Of a DNA stretch of 64,000 bases, positions 11,974-24,944 are shown piece by piece. The stretch comes from Octopus vulgaris (lineage: Eukaryota). Both the position numbers and the translations under genes were made by a program. The stretch is from positions 21,700,001 to 21,764,000 of the forward strand of contig OX597841.1 in NCBI GenBank assembly GCA_951406725.2. The letters are read 5' to 3'. The number at the start of each line of letters is the position of its first letter. Positions within the stretch are counted from its first letter, which is position 1. A model generated the notes under the pieces. The model worked only from the letters and a program-made list of their open reading frames with translations. It was not told where the DNA came from and did no database searches.

Positions 11974-12679
11974 GTCAGTTAACCATTTATCTCTGTCTGT
12001 CTGTATGTCACCCCATCTTTCTGTGTATGTGTGTGTGTGTGTGCATGAAGAGCATGGCTTAGTGGTTAGGGTATTCAGCTCACGACTGTAAGGTTATGAG
12101 TTCAATCCCTTACAAAGCATTGTGTCCTTGAGCAAGACTCTTTACTTCACTTTATTGTTCCACTCCACTCAGCTGGTAATAATGAGTTATACCAGTAATT
12201 CAAAAGGGCCGACATTGTCACATTCTGTGTCATGCTGAGTCTCCCTAAGAACTGTGTTAAGGAGACATGTGTCTGTGGTGTACTCAGCCACGTTAATTTC
12301 ATGAGCAGGCTCTTCCACTGATTAGGTCAAATGGGGTTCTCGTTGTAACCAACAGAATGCCAGATATGAATGTAGTAGCTGTATTTGAAAAGGGCCAGCC
12401 CTTGTCACATTCTGTGTCGTGCTGAATCACCCTGAGAACTACATTAAAGGGACACGTGTCTGTGGAATACTCAACCACTTGCATGTTAATTTCACAAGCA
12501 GGCTGTTCCATTGATCAAATCAACCGGAACATTTGTCACCATAACCAGTTCCAGTGTGTGTGTATGCGTTTGTCTGTCTGTCTGTCTGTAACTGTTTACC
12601 CCCACCCCCTTCTCTCTGTCTTACTGTCAGTCTATCTATCTGTATGTGTGTGTGTCTCTCTCTCCTTATCTCTATCTTC

Positions 12680-12718
<39 letters not shown>

Positions 12719-12811
12719 CATATAAAGTATATGCAGTAATGTACAAATGTCTGGAAAGCGAACAGTGTATGAGTCAGATACATGCTTGTGTGTGTATGGA
12801 GGGGAGAAAAT

Positions 12812-13030
12812 CAAGTGTAGTGTTGGCGAATCTCAGGAAGCATGGAAGTTTCAAAGGATGCAGTGCTCCGACAACTAACAACTGATGCCGGCAGTTTGTT
12901 CCATGCTTCAGCAACTCTCAGCGTGAAAAAATGTTTCCTGAAGTCATGGGAGCTGTGCTGTTTTCTTACTTTGTAAACATGTCCACGGGTGTTAGACGGG
13001 TGGAGTTTGAAAAAGGTGCTCAGTGTTATT
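12812..13030 (-). mobile_element. CR1-group LINE ORF2 3' fragment
   Basis: Minus frame SNTRGHVYKVRKQHSSHDFRKHFFTLRVAEAWNKLPASVV, a typical CR1-group C-terminus. Confidence 0.7.
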
Positions 13031-13354
13031 GTTTGTACGATCTTCTAGGACAAGGCTTGTCTTCTAGGTTACAGTTTCTGGCTTGGAATTTCTGGAACCA
13101 CCACAGACATTGGCTTACACTTATTGTCCAATCCCAATACACTGCATTAATATTCCTCCCACTTTGCCTTACGTTGTACCCTTTATTGAATTCCTTAAAG
13201 CAAAATATGCCGAATATGGTCCTTTGTCACTTCCATTGTGGCTTTGAAAAAATAACTGTTAAAATTGATCTGCACTCTTCAAAGGTTGCACTAAGAATAA
13301 GTACAAGGCAAAATTACTACTTGCTTTTATAGCAAGTTGATGCAGGTGGTTTAT

Positions 13355-13920
13355 AAGGCAGCGAGCTGGCAGAAATGTTAGCACACCGGGCAAAATGCTT
13401 AGCGGTATTTTGTCTGCCGTTACGTTCTGAGTTCAAATTCCTTTCATCCTTTCAGGGTCGATAAATTAAGTACCAGTTACGCATTGGGGTCGATGTAATC
13501 GACTTAATCCGTTTGTCTGTCCTTGTTTGTCACTCTCTGTGTTTAGCCCCTTGTGAGTAGTAAAGAAATAGGTATTTCGTCTGCCATTACGTTCTGAGTT
13601 CAAATTCCTTTCATCCTTTCAGGGTCGATAAATTAAGTACCAGTTACGCACTGGGGTCGATGTAATCGACTTAATCCGTTTGTCTGTCCTTGTTTGTCCC
13701 TTCTATGTTTAGCTCCTTGTGGGTACTAAAGAAATAGGTATTTCGTCTGCTGTTACGTTCTGAGTTCAGATCCGCCCAGGTCGACTTTGCCTTTCATCCT
13801 TTCGGGGTTGATTAAATAAATACCAGTTTCGCACTGGGGTCGATATAATCGACTTAATCCATTTGTCTGTCCTTGTTTGTCCCTTCTATGTTTAGCTCCT
13901 TGTGGGTAGTAAAGAAATAG
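13355..13920 (+). mobile_element. SINE family D (Nin/Deu-core-like gcctttcatcctttcggggtcgataaa...agtaccag), one head plus tandem bodies
   Basis: Arrays also at ~22930-23535, 23990-24340, 25541-26325, 41725-42252, 50868-51382, 53841-54441 (all -); singles 26729-26950, 28211-28375, 57316-57548. Confidence 0.8.
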
Positions 13921-14129
13921 GTTTATCCCTTTCTCCTCTGGCTTTTAGTTCATGCAACTGAAAACACTGCATTATTTATGGGATGACCCAATAAGGGAGA
14001 CTTCTTTATAGTAGCTAGACATGGTAGATATAGCAGCCAAATCTTCCTTGAATCACACCCTACTGTCTTAATGTATGTATAAGCCAATGAGGAGCTAAAC
14101 CTAAGAGGAATTGCAAACAAATTACCCTC

Positions 14130-14608
14130 AAATTATGCCTCCTTGTCTTAAGGAAAAAGGAAGAAACATTGTAGTAGTCCAAAATGGGATGGTCATGTTG
14201 GGAACGTCTTTGATCAATAGGGCTGCTCAACCAAGGTTGACAACAACAATTTGCACACACTCACACTCAATCTCTCTCACTCTATTTCAAGTCTTAAGGA
14301 AAAAGGAAGAAACATTAGATATTGTAGTAGTCCAAAATGGGATGGTCATGTTGGGAACGTCTTTGATCAAGGGGCTGCTCAACCAAGGTTGACAACGACA
14401 ATTTGCACACACACTCTCTCTCTCTCTCTATTTCAAGTCTTAAGGAAAAAGGAAGAAACATTAGATATTGTAGTAGTCCAAAATGGGGTGGTCATGTTGG
14501 GAACGTCTTTGATCAATAGGGCTGCTCAACCAAGGTTGACAACAACAATTTGCACACACTCACACTCAATCGTTCTCACTCTCTCTCTCTCTCTTTCTCT
14601 ATTTCCAG
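14130..14608 (+). repeat. Tandem triplication of ~145-bp unit ending at the CFAP95 last acceptor
   Basis: gtcttaaggaaaaaggaagaaacatt...ttgcacacac...ctctatttc(a/c)ag repeated three times. Confidence 0.85.
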
Positions 14609-14773
14609 TCTAAAACTAACCTCGAGTATTTAACGGAACATCGTAAGTGTCACTCACAGTTCACTGACACGGCTGACTACCGTCGCCACAATTTGAACAC
14701 CTGGCAAAATGACTCCGGAATCTATGCAAAGCCACGGAAACCTAAAGAGAAGACACTTGAAGGCTTCATGTAG
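14609..14773 (+). CDS. CFAP95: CFAP95-like terminal exon (SKTNLEYLTEHRKCHSQFTDTADYRRHNLNTWQNDSGIYA...GFM*)
   Basis: atttccAG acceptor, TAG stop; RKCHSQFTD...NTW..SGIYA motif recalled from CFAP95/C9orf135 C-terminus. Confidence 0.87.
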   Translation, partial: SKTNLEYLTEHRKCHSQFTDTADYRRHNLNTWQNDSGIYAKPRKPKEKTLEGFM

Positions 14774-14890
14774 TGGTGTGAATCCTTCTCCAACGATGAG
14801 CTAAACTGCAACATTCAGGGACGATGGAGTGTTGCTGTGTGTCTATTTTGTTTTATGGTAGTCAAAAGAGCATTTTTTGGTTTTTGGTTA

Positions 14891-14896
14891 AATAAA
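14891..14896 (+). promoter_or_regulatory. Candidate polyadenylation signal of CFAP95-like gene
   Basis: AATAAA 118 nt after stop, followed by T-rich sequence. Confidence 0.55.
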
Positions 14897-15184
14897 ATCC
14901 TTTATATACCTTTCACCTTTTATTTGTGTCTGAGGGTGCTGGGTGCTTTCTATGTGCCGTTAGCATGGGTGCATTTATGCAACATTGTCTTGTGAAGACC
15001 CGTTGAGGCAAGTGAGAATCAGAATCAAAATCGAAATCGATCAACATCAATGGAAGTTGTAGCTGTGAAACCAGTGCCGGTGGCACATAAGTGAACCAGT
15101 CATGCAATGGGATCAATGTAATCAACTTAATCCCTTCCCCACAAATTTGAGGCCTTCTGCTTTCAGCAGAAATGATTATTATTG

Positions 15185-15477
15185 TCTTTATATATAAAAT
15201 TGAAGTTGTGTGAGAGTCTGTCTCCTCCGATTTAGATTCCTAACTACTCCCACATTTTGCGGTGCAGCTTAACCGAAAGCGGGTATCTAATAGTCGGGAT
15301 TCATATCGAGCCCTTCTGGGTATTAGCACGCGTCTACGATGAGTCTACGATTTAAAAAAAATTTACCATCATTTTTCTGCATTTTTCGCTCGGTTTATAT
15401 AAGGAAAGTAACTCTCTAAAAATGCTTATATAGTTATTTCCCTTACAAACCCGAGCAACGCCGGGCGATACTGCTAG
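15185..15477 (+). mobile_element. Non-autonomous Helitron
   Basis: 5' TC, subterminal hairpin cccgagcaacgccggg, 3' CTAG followed by T, no TSD. Confidence 0.8.
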
Positions 15478-15934
15478 TTATTATTATAAAGGCAGCAAGC
15501 TGGCAGAATCGTTAGCACACTGGGCGAAATGCTTTGTGGTATTTTGTCTGCCGTTACGTTCTGAGTTCATGTTCCGCCGAGGTGGATTTTGCCCTTCATT
15601 CTTTTGGGGTCGTTTAATGTCTGCTTTCCATGCTAGCATGGGTTGGACGATTTGACTGAGGACTGGCGAACCAGATGGCTGCACCAGGCTCCAGTCTTGA
15701 TCTGGCAGAGTTTCTACAGCTGGATACCCTTCCTAATGCTAGCATGGGTTGGACGATTTGACTGAGGACTGGCGAACCAGATGGCTGCACCAGGCTCCAG
15801 TCTTGATCTGGCAGAGTTTCTACAGCTGGATACCCTTCCTAATGCGAAATCTTACATCTATTTTCTTTCTTCCACCTCACTCTCTATTTGTATCACATCG
15901 AAACTAACTATGACTTAATTTTTCCTCTCACACT

Positions 15935-15986
15935 GTCTCTGATGAAGGGATATTGTTAATTAATATCCTAGAAACAGCTGTAAGAC
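15935..15986 (+). ncRNA. Minimal hammerhead ribozyme motif (family 2)
   Basis: gtct-CTGATGA-agggatatt...aatatccta-GAAA-cagctg-TA-agac; closing pair of stem II mismatched. Confidence 0.65.
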
Positions 15987-16733
15987 CTTCTATCTATAAA
16001 TGTTCTAATATCTATACAGCCTTAGTTTTTTTATCTCATTATGCAAAAAATTCTTATATAACCATAGGCGCAGGAGTGGCTGTGTGGTAAGTAGCTTGTT
16101 TACCAACCACATGGTTCCGGGTTCAGTCCCACTGCGTGGCGCCTTGGGCAAGTGTCTTCTACTAAAGCCCTGGGCCAACCAAAGCCTTGTGAGTGGAATT
16201 GGTAGACGGAAACTGAAAGAAGCCTGTCGTATATATGTATATATATATATATATATATGTGCGTGTGTGTTTGTGTGTCTGTGTTTGTACCCCTAGCATC
16301 GCTTAACAACTGATGCTGGTGTGTTTACGTCCCCGTCACTTAGCGGTTCGGCAAAAGAGACCGATAGAATAAGTACTGGGCTTACAAAAAAGAATAAGTC
16401 TCGGGGTCGATATGCTCGACTAAAAAGCGGTGCTCCAGCATGGCCGCAGTCAAATGACTGAAACAAGAAAAAGAGAAAGAGAAAGAGAGAGAGAGAGAGA
16501 GAGAAAATAATCAAACATCGTTAATACTTTGCCCTTAATTAATTTTATTCTTTTCTTTTTTTTCCTAGCTTTGCATTTTTTTCTTGATCTTTGCATTTTT
16601 TCCTATCTTTTATTATTATTTTTTATTCATCGTATTTCGTTTCTTTTTCTTCCTTTTTTTTTTTTCCTCATTTCATTTACTTCTTCGTTTTCTTCTTTTT
16701 CCTCTTTGTCGTATCCACTGCTGCACGTCGTTC

Positions 16734-16876
16734 CTATATCGTGGGGCAGAACCCAAACTTGAGGTCTCCCGACGGTTCCCCAGCTGCCAGTACATGGGCC
16801 TTATTATTCAGCTTCACGTTGCGTATGCAGCCTACGTACGGACTAGTGGCCTGGACATCCTTCCATTTAACTCCAG
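16734..16876 (-). CDS. LanA: Laminin alpha terminal exon, LG5 end (YVGCIRNVKLN...FGFCPTI*)
   Basis: ttccAG acceptor, phase 1, TAG stop; LG motif GCI and terminal CP. Confidence 0.9.
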
Positions 16877-17355
16877 CTGGAACGGCAAACAAAAGGGAAT
16901 TGATAAATAAAAACAGATATCACCATCATCATCATTATCATCACCAACATGTACACACACACACACACATACACATACACACACATAGACACGTGGCCAA
17001 GTGGTAAGGGTGTTGCATTCACGATTACCTGGTCATGGGTTCAGTCCCCAGACCAGGCAGTGCATTGTGGTCCTTTCATTTCATGTTGCTCCAACCCCAC
17101 TTTCGACCGGAGGAGAATGTCGGTCAGCTTGCCTAACCAGCAGGGTGGGGTTGTGCGATGGCTAAAACTATGCAAAAATGCACTGTGACCAGTGATGTGT
17201 AACAACATCTGATAGTTTGGTTGGTTGTGTGGTCACATGACTTATACATAAAAATATACATGCATACATACATACACACGTACACATATATATATGTATA
17301 CACACACACACACATTTATATACACATAAACATATACATACCTAGATACACACAT

Positions 17356-17388
<33 letters not shown>

Positions 17389-17526
17389 CATATATATATA
17401 TACATACATATATAAATACATACATATATATATACATACATATATAAATACATACATATATATATACATACATATACATATATACATTCATATACATATA
17501 TATACATTCATATACATATATATACA

Positions 17527-17562
<36 letters not shown>

Positions 17563-17651
17563 TAGTGAGAATTTACAAAAAATAAAAGATGAAAACAGGT
17601 GTGTAAACAACAAATAGATGTATTAGTTTAATGCTCGGGAAGTGAGAAAGT

Positions 17652-17687
17652 CTTTTACATTTCGAGCCTATGCTCTTCGACAGAAAG
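17652..17687 (-). ncRNA. Degenerate hammerhead motif (family 3-like)
   Basis: cttt-CTGTCGA-a-gagc-atag-gctc-GAAA-tg-TA-aaag; core A6 mutated. Confidence 0.45.
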
Positions 17688-18104
17688 GAACACAGAAATA
17701 AACAGGGAGAGAAAATAAAGAATGTGTAGTGGCTATCGATCTATCATGGTGAATGCTGGACAGATACATACATATATAAATATATATAACTAATGTAGGA
17801 TAAAATTTTTTTCGGGAAAAAATTTTTATCAATGGCCAGCATATCAAAGTTCTGCTCGGGACTTGGTGCTTGCTTTTTCCATGGGTATGAGCAAGTATTT
17901 CACTTATATCTCGCGTATTTGCCGCTGAAGAGGGGAAAATTTCTTACGAATTAACCCCGAAATTGGACGATTTGGTAATAACGAATTTTTTAGAGATTTC
18001 TATCGGTTTGTTTCGAGACACATAAATTATAATGGTTATTGACAATTATTGTCTTTTTTTCGGCATATTTGGCATTAGAATTTTTCTTTTGCCCTTATCG
18101 TGTA

Positions 18105-18785
<681 letters not shown>

Positions 18786-18905
18786 GGCCCATGCGCAAGT
18801 GTTGCAATGTATCAACTGTTTCAGTGACACACAGATTAGCACTGTATTCGGTTGCAACATCCTTTCCAAATGACCACCGCTTTGAAATGTAGTAAATCCA
18901 CTTAC

Positions 18906-19028
18906 CTGGGACTCCACCAATGTAGAGGGGATGATTGGTGTCTGCAGAAGAGGCCCCTACTTTACCTTTGCCAACGGGGAACTCTTTACCGTCCACTTCT
19001 AGGGTGGCCAGGGTTTTGGACTTGCCCA
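18906..19028 (-). CDS. LanA: Laminin alpha exon, LG5 ([14 protein letters not shown]...[13 protein letters not shown])
   Basis: AG/GT boundaries, phases 1/1, PLYIGG motif. Confidence 0.93.
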
Positions 19029-19439
19029 CTGGTTGAGGGAGAGAGAGAGAGAAAGAGAGTGAGACTTTGAGTGAGAGTGAAGGAGGGTGTGTGTGTGTTT
19101 GTATGGAAGGTTGATGTATTATGTGCAAGTGAAAGACAGCGAGAGAGTGTGAGTGTGAGCGAGAGGTCGAGTGAGGGAGAACGGGGGATATGTGCATGTG
19201 TGTTTTAGGTAGATGTATTATGTGCATGAGAGAGGTGGGGGGGAATGAGTGTGAGGTTGTGTGAGAGAGAGAATGAGTGTGAGTGAGGTTGAGAGAGAAG
19301 GTGAATGTGTGTATGTCTAATGTGTGTGAAAGAGAGAGAGAGAGAGAGGGAGGGAGAGAGGGAGAGTGCAAGTTTGAAGGAGCAAGAGAGGTTGGGGGGG
19401 GGGGGTGAGAGAGAAAGTGGATGTGTGTGCGTGTGTGAA

Positions 19440-19950
19440 AGAGAGAGAGAGACGGACAGAGATTGAGTGCGAGTAAGGGAGGGAGGGAGGGAGAACAAGA
19501 GAGCATGCTGGAGAGGGTGGATGTGAGTGAATGGTCAGTGAGAGACAGAGAGACAGAGAGAGAGAGAGAGACAGAGATTGAGTGCGAGTGAGGGAGGGAG
19601 GTAGGTAGGATGAGAGAGCCTGATGGAGAGGGTGGTTGTGAGTGAATGGTCAGAGAGAGAGAGAGAGAGGGAGACAGAGAGAGAGACAGAGATTGAGTGT
19701 GAGTGAGGGAGGTACGATGAGAGAGCCTGATGGAGAGGGTGGTTGTGAGTGAATGGTCAGAGGGAGAGAGAGAGAGAGACAGAGATTGAGTGCGAGTGAA
19801 GGAGGGATATAAGACGAGAGAGCCTGATGGAGAGCGTGGTTGTGAGTGAATGGTCAGAGGGAGAGAGAGAGAGAGACAGAGTTCGAGTGAGGGAGGGAGG
19901 TAGGATGAGAGAGCCTGATGGAGAGGATGGCTGTGAGTGAATGGTCACGG
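19440..19950. repeat. GA-rich degenerate ~80-bp tandem repeat
   Basis: gacagagattgagtgcgagtga...gagagagcctgatggagagggtggttgtgagtgaatggtcag repeated ~5 times. Confidence 0.75.
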
Positions 19951-20030
19951 TGAGTGAAGGTGTTGTAATCACTAGGAGAGAAGAAAGTGAATGAATTTAT
20001 CAGAGAAAACTTGTGAAAGCAGGGACTGAC

Positions 20031-20130
20031 CTTTAATCCGGTGCCACTGACCATTACAGATCTGATTATTTCGTCCCGGTTGACTGACTGTTGAAATAAT
20101 GCCCATACCATTATCAAAGGACAGCTGAAC
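20031..20130 (-). CDS. LanA: Laminin alpha exon, LG5 (VQLSFDNGMG...ICNGQWHRIK)
   Basis: AG/GT boundaries, phases 0/1, C.G.WH motif. Confidence 0.92.
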
Positions 20131-20212
20131 CTGGATGAAAAGGATGAAGAGAGGGATGTAGTAGAGAGTTAATTACGATGGAAATCAATTTTGAAATTAC
20201 GTTTGTAATTAA

Positions 20213-20949
20213 CCGTTTAAGCCTTCATCTTATTCTGCCCAATATAAATTCTTCGTTATCCAAATTGTTTTGAATTAATCAGGGATTATCTCCCACCTTC
20301 AAGACTTCATTGATGTGATTGTTTATTTTTAGAATGACATTGTAGGGTAGGTGTAAGAGGCCGACTCTGGCCAGTTTGATCACAACATCATCATCATCAT
20401 CATCTTCATCATTTAGCGTCCGCTTTCCATGCTAGCATGGGTTGGACGGTTCAACTGGGGTCTGGGAAGCCCTAAGGCTGCACCAGGCTCCAGTCTGATC
20501 TGGCAGAGTTTCTACGGCTGGATGCCCTTCCTAACGCCAAACACTCCATGAGTGTAGTGGGTGCTTTTTACGTGCCACTGACACAGGTGCCAGACGAGGC
20601 TGGTGAACAGCCATGCTCAGATGGTGCTTTTTACGCGCCACCGGCACGGAGGCCAGGCGAGGCTGGCGAACGGCCACGCTCGGATGGTGCTTTTTACGTG
20701 CCACCGGCACGGAGGCCAGGCGAGGCTGGCGAACGGCCACGATCGGATGGTGTTTGTCAAGTGCCACCGGCACGGAGGCCAGTCGATGCGGTGCCGGCTA
20801 CGGCCACGTTCAGATGGTTCTTTTACGTGCCGATTGTTTATTTTCAGAATGACATTGTAGGGTAGGTGTAAGAGGCTGACTCTGGCCAGTTTGATCACAA
20901 CACTAATAGAATTACTGAGCCTGGTCTGGCAAGTTGAAATGTTAAAGAG
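20213..20949. mobile_element. piggyBac-type MITE with nested SINE C
   Basis: TTAA on both flanks, degenerate ends ccgtttaa / ttaaagag; same body as 20983-22388. Confidence 0.6.
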
Positions 20950-20982
20950 TTAAAAGTAAAATAAGACTAAGAAATACTTCAA

Positions 20983-22388
20983 CTCTTTAGTGTTCATATT
21001 ACTCTGTCAAATGTAATGCTTATTTATTACTTCTTCCTTAGCAAAGGCAGAGGTATTGTTTTTCAGTGGTGTTGGTTTGTTTGTGGACAAGATATCTCAA
21101 GAACCACCGGATGGATTCAGGTGAAACTTTCAGGGATATTTGGCCTTGTGACTGGCACAAACTGATTAGATTTTAGGATCGATCCGGTACTGGACAAGGA
21201 TTCTAGACTATTTTTCCCTATTTGTTTTTTGCCTTAATTTTTGAGAGGGATCGGGTTCATTTTTAGTTTTCTCGTTTGTGAGAGCAGCCAAGTTTATTTC
21301 AGATATTCTCATTTTAAAAATGATCTCTGGTTAATTATTGGGAGGACGTTGGTGTTAAGTTAAGTTAAGTTAATTTTTTGGCTCAAAAAGCAAAAAGTAG
21401 GGGGACATGGAGTTATGTACAGGGAGGGTGTTCATGCAAAGAGTTCAGGCCATTTGTGGTCAAGGGAGACTTTGAACCGAGCGGTCGTCGGCATCTTCAC
21501 TATCTCGTCCAGCAGCTTATTCCACGGATCCACAACCCGGACGGAGAAAGCCCCTCTCCTTCGATTGAGATGAAATCGTCGTAGATAGAGCTTTTCGGAG
21601 TGACCCTGCAGCCGACGCTCTGGAGCAGGAGTGAAGAACAGCTCTTTCGAGATGTTACACTTTCTGCTTATGATGTTGTGAGCAAGAATGAGATCACCAC
21701 GGCGTCATCGTTTTTCTAGAGAATAAAGGTCGAACGTCTTCAGCCTTTCTTCATCAGACAAATGCTAGAGACCAAGAACCATGCGGGTAGCCAGCTACTG
21801 GACTCTTTCGAGATGATGTATGTCTTTGAGGTGTTGCCTTGGCAGAGGTTTGCGCTCTCTGAGTGCTCTTGTTACCCCTGCAAAGGCAGGGGTATTGCTT
21901 TCAATTGTATTTGTTTGTTGGTTTGTTTGTGGGACAAACCGCTGGATGGATTCGAATGAAACTTTCAAGGATGTTTGGCCTCATGACTGGCACAAACTGA
22001 TTAGATTTTGGGATCGATCCGGAACCGGACAAGGATTCTACACTATTTTTCCATTTTTTTCACTTAATTTTTGAGAGTGGTCGGGTTCATTTTTAGCATT
22101 TTCGTTTGTGAGAGTAGTTGAGTTTATTTCAGATATTCTCACTTTAAAAATCATCTCCGGCTAATTGTTGAGGGGGATGTTGGTGTTGTGTGGGCAAAGG
22201 TTTGCACTCTCTGGGTGCTCTTGTTAAAATTCTTTCGAATGAATCATGCATTATCTCATAGCTTGAGATTCCTATGATGCAATTGTATACTTTTAGAATG
22301 ACATTTTAAGGTAGGTGCAAGGGGATGGATCTGGCCAGTTTGTACATATAAAAGGGAGAATATTTTGGCTGGATTAAATGCTAAAGGG
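20983..22388. mobile_element. piggyBac-type MITE hosting a tandem pair of Helentron/HINE-like elements and a LINE fragment
   Basis: Ends ctctttag / ctaaaggg with degenerate TTAA; inner units ~21028-21871 and 21872-22224 ending gcagaggtttgcgctctctgagtgctcttgtt. Confidence 0.6.
21357..21829 (-). mobile_element. 5'-truncated CR1-group LINE with (ACTTA)n tail
   Basis: Encodes RLQGHSEKLYLRRFHLNRRRG.FSVRV.DPWNKL; GGTGTT target duplication; copies at 40481-40795 and 47543-47876. Confidence 0.8.
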
Positions 22389-23645
22389 TTTAGGGGATGT
22401 AACGACTGCTGTACAAAATCTCTTTTAAAACAATGTCTTGAATAATTAAAAATTTGCATCTTAGCAACAAAATCAAAGCAGTTATTGTTAGCGACTATCA
22501 AGGAAAAGGGGAGATAATTTTGAGAAAGAATTACTCTTCTCAATGTTAATTTTCACAAGTGTTCCAGCTATGACCATCCTGTCTGAATAAAAAATAGGAT
22601 AGTAATAGATGGATTGTCTTTGATCATAGGTCTGCAAGGAAGGACACATTAAATAGTGCAGTCTTAGATACACTATGCCTGAATAAAAGACAGGATGGTC
22701 ATAGCTGGAACATCTTTGATCATAGATCTACAGGATCACATTAGAAAATGTAGTCCTAGATGCATTGTGTCTGAATAAAAGACAGGATGGTCAGATCAGG
22801 AATATCTCTTTGATCATAGGTCTGCTGGATCAAGTCTGGCCTGGGGTTAAATAACAAGAACTTCAGAATATCACATATCGACCAAAATACACTTGGCCCT
22901 AACGACCCCACCACACCCTCTACCACTGTTTCTTATTTCTTTACTACCCACAAGGGGCTAAACACAGAGGGGACAAACAAGGACAGACATAGGTAATAAG
23001 TCGATTACATCGACCCCAGTGCGTAACTGGTACTTATTTAATTGACCCCAAAAGGATGAAAGGCAAAGTCTACCTCGGCGGAATTTGAACTCAGAACATA
23101 TCGGCAGACAAATTGCCTATTTTTTTACTACCCAAAAGGGGCTAAACACACAGGGGACGAACAAGGACAGACAAATGGATTAAGTCGATTATATCGACCC
23201 CAGTGCGTAACTGGTACTTATTTAATCGACTCCGAAAGGATGAAAGGCAAAGTCGACCTCGGTGGAATTTGAACTCAGAACGTAGCGGCAGACAAATTAC
23301 CTATTTATTTACTACCCACAAGGGGCTAAACACACAGGTGACGAACAAGGACAGACAAATGGATTAAGTCGATTATATCGACCCCAGTACGTAACTGGTA
23401 CTTATTTAATCAACCCCCCAAAAGGATGAAAGGCAAAGTCTACCTCGGCGGAATTTGAACTCAGAACGTAACGGCAGATGAAATACCGCTAAGCATTTCA
23501 CCTGACGTGCTAACATTTCTGCCAGCTTGCCGCCTATCTACCACTTTCTGCTGACATTCCTGCTCGGCCCCAGCCACTCCCACTCAAATAACCAGCCCTT
23601 CCTTTTCTCTCAGTGGGATGGTCACTTGGAAAGCATTTAACTTAC

Positions 23646-23773
23646 CACTCCATTAACGATCTGCACCAACATAAAATCTTCGGTTCCGTGGACGGCAAAC
23701 AGGACACCAGACATTGACCTTGGCTTGACCTCCATCGTGACCTTTAGGTCAGTGCCAATGTGGTATTTATCAA
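23646..23773 (-). CDS. LanA: Laminin alpha exon, LG5 start (DKYHIGTDLKVTMEVKPRSMSGVLFAVHG...)
   Basis: AG/GT boundaries, phases 1/0. Confidence 0.92.
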
Positions 23774-24809
23774 CTAGAAAGAAGAGAGAGTGTGAGAAAG
23801 AGAAAGGATGAAGTGAGTGTGAGGATGAGTTTGAAGTGTTGAGTGTAACGTGATGAGTGTGAGGTAGTAAGAATGAGATGTTGAGTGAAGTGTCAAGTGT
23901 GAGGTGATGGGCATCTGCTAGCTAGCCATTTTTTGCTGTCATAGTGACAACAATAACAATCCTTTCTACTGGAAGCACAAGGTTTCAAATTTGGGGGAAG
24001 CGATTAAGTCGATTACATCGACCCCAGTATGTAGCTGGTATTTTTTAATTGACCCCAGAAGGATGAAAGCAAAGTTGACTTTGGCAGAATTTGAATGGAT
24101 TAAGTCAATTATATCGAACCTCAGTGCATAACTGGTACTTATTTAATTGACCCCCGAAAGGATGAAAGGTGAAGTCGACCTCGGCGGAATTTGAACTTAG
24201 AACATAGCGGCAGACAAATTACCTATTTTTTTACTACCCACAAGGGGCTAAACACACAGGGGACGAACAAGGACAGACAAATGGATTAAATCGAATATAT
24301 TTCGCCTCGCATGCTAGCGATTCTGCAAGCTCGCTGTCTTACAATAACAATAATAATGAGGGTAGACCATGCCCCCAAAACTGCTATATTGAGGACTGCT
24401 AGGATTTTTGGATTGGTACTCGGGTGTTGAACACCTTCCACGATACCTAACACCTAAGTACCAAGTCTTATAATTCACGGAAAGAGACCCTGTGAGACCT
24501 TTGGCAACAGGATGCTGTCTGCTTTTAAAGGATTAACTGGAGCAAGTTAGATTGAGAGCCCTGACAAGAAAAATATATTAAGAAGGATAAAGGTGGATGT
24601 GGCCCCATAAGAGTGCAGGAGAGCCTTGGCAGTGAAAGAGGAAACTCTTGACTGAGTATTTGCCAAACAGTGTACAAGACGTGTTACAGTGTGCTTTTAA
24701 TGCAGAAGGGTTTACCCTCAATGGGGTTGAGTGTACTAAAGGGTTCTGTTCATGAATAGTCAACGAGAGGGAAGGAACACAACCCTGCTGGCAATTATAG
24801 GGTCCGTTC

Positions 24810-24913
24810 TATCAATCTATCTCTCTGTCTGTCTGTCCGTCCATCCACCAATCCATTTATCTATATCTATTTATGGATCTTTCTATCTATCTATCTCTCT
24901 ATCTATGTATCTA

Positions 24914-24944
<31 letters not shown>

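Noticed and set aside
24375-24430. R4/Dong-like LINE 3' end (KTAILRTARIF)
   Set aside because: Too short to call with confidence
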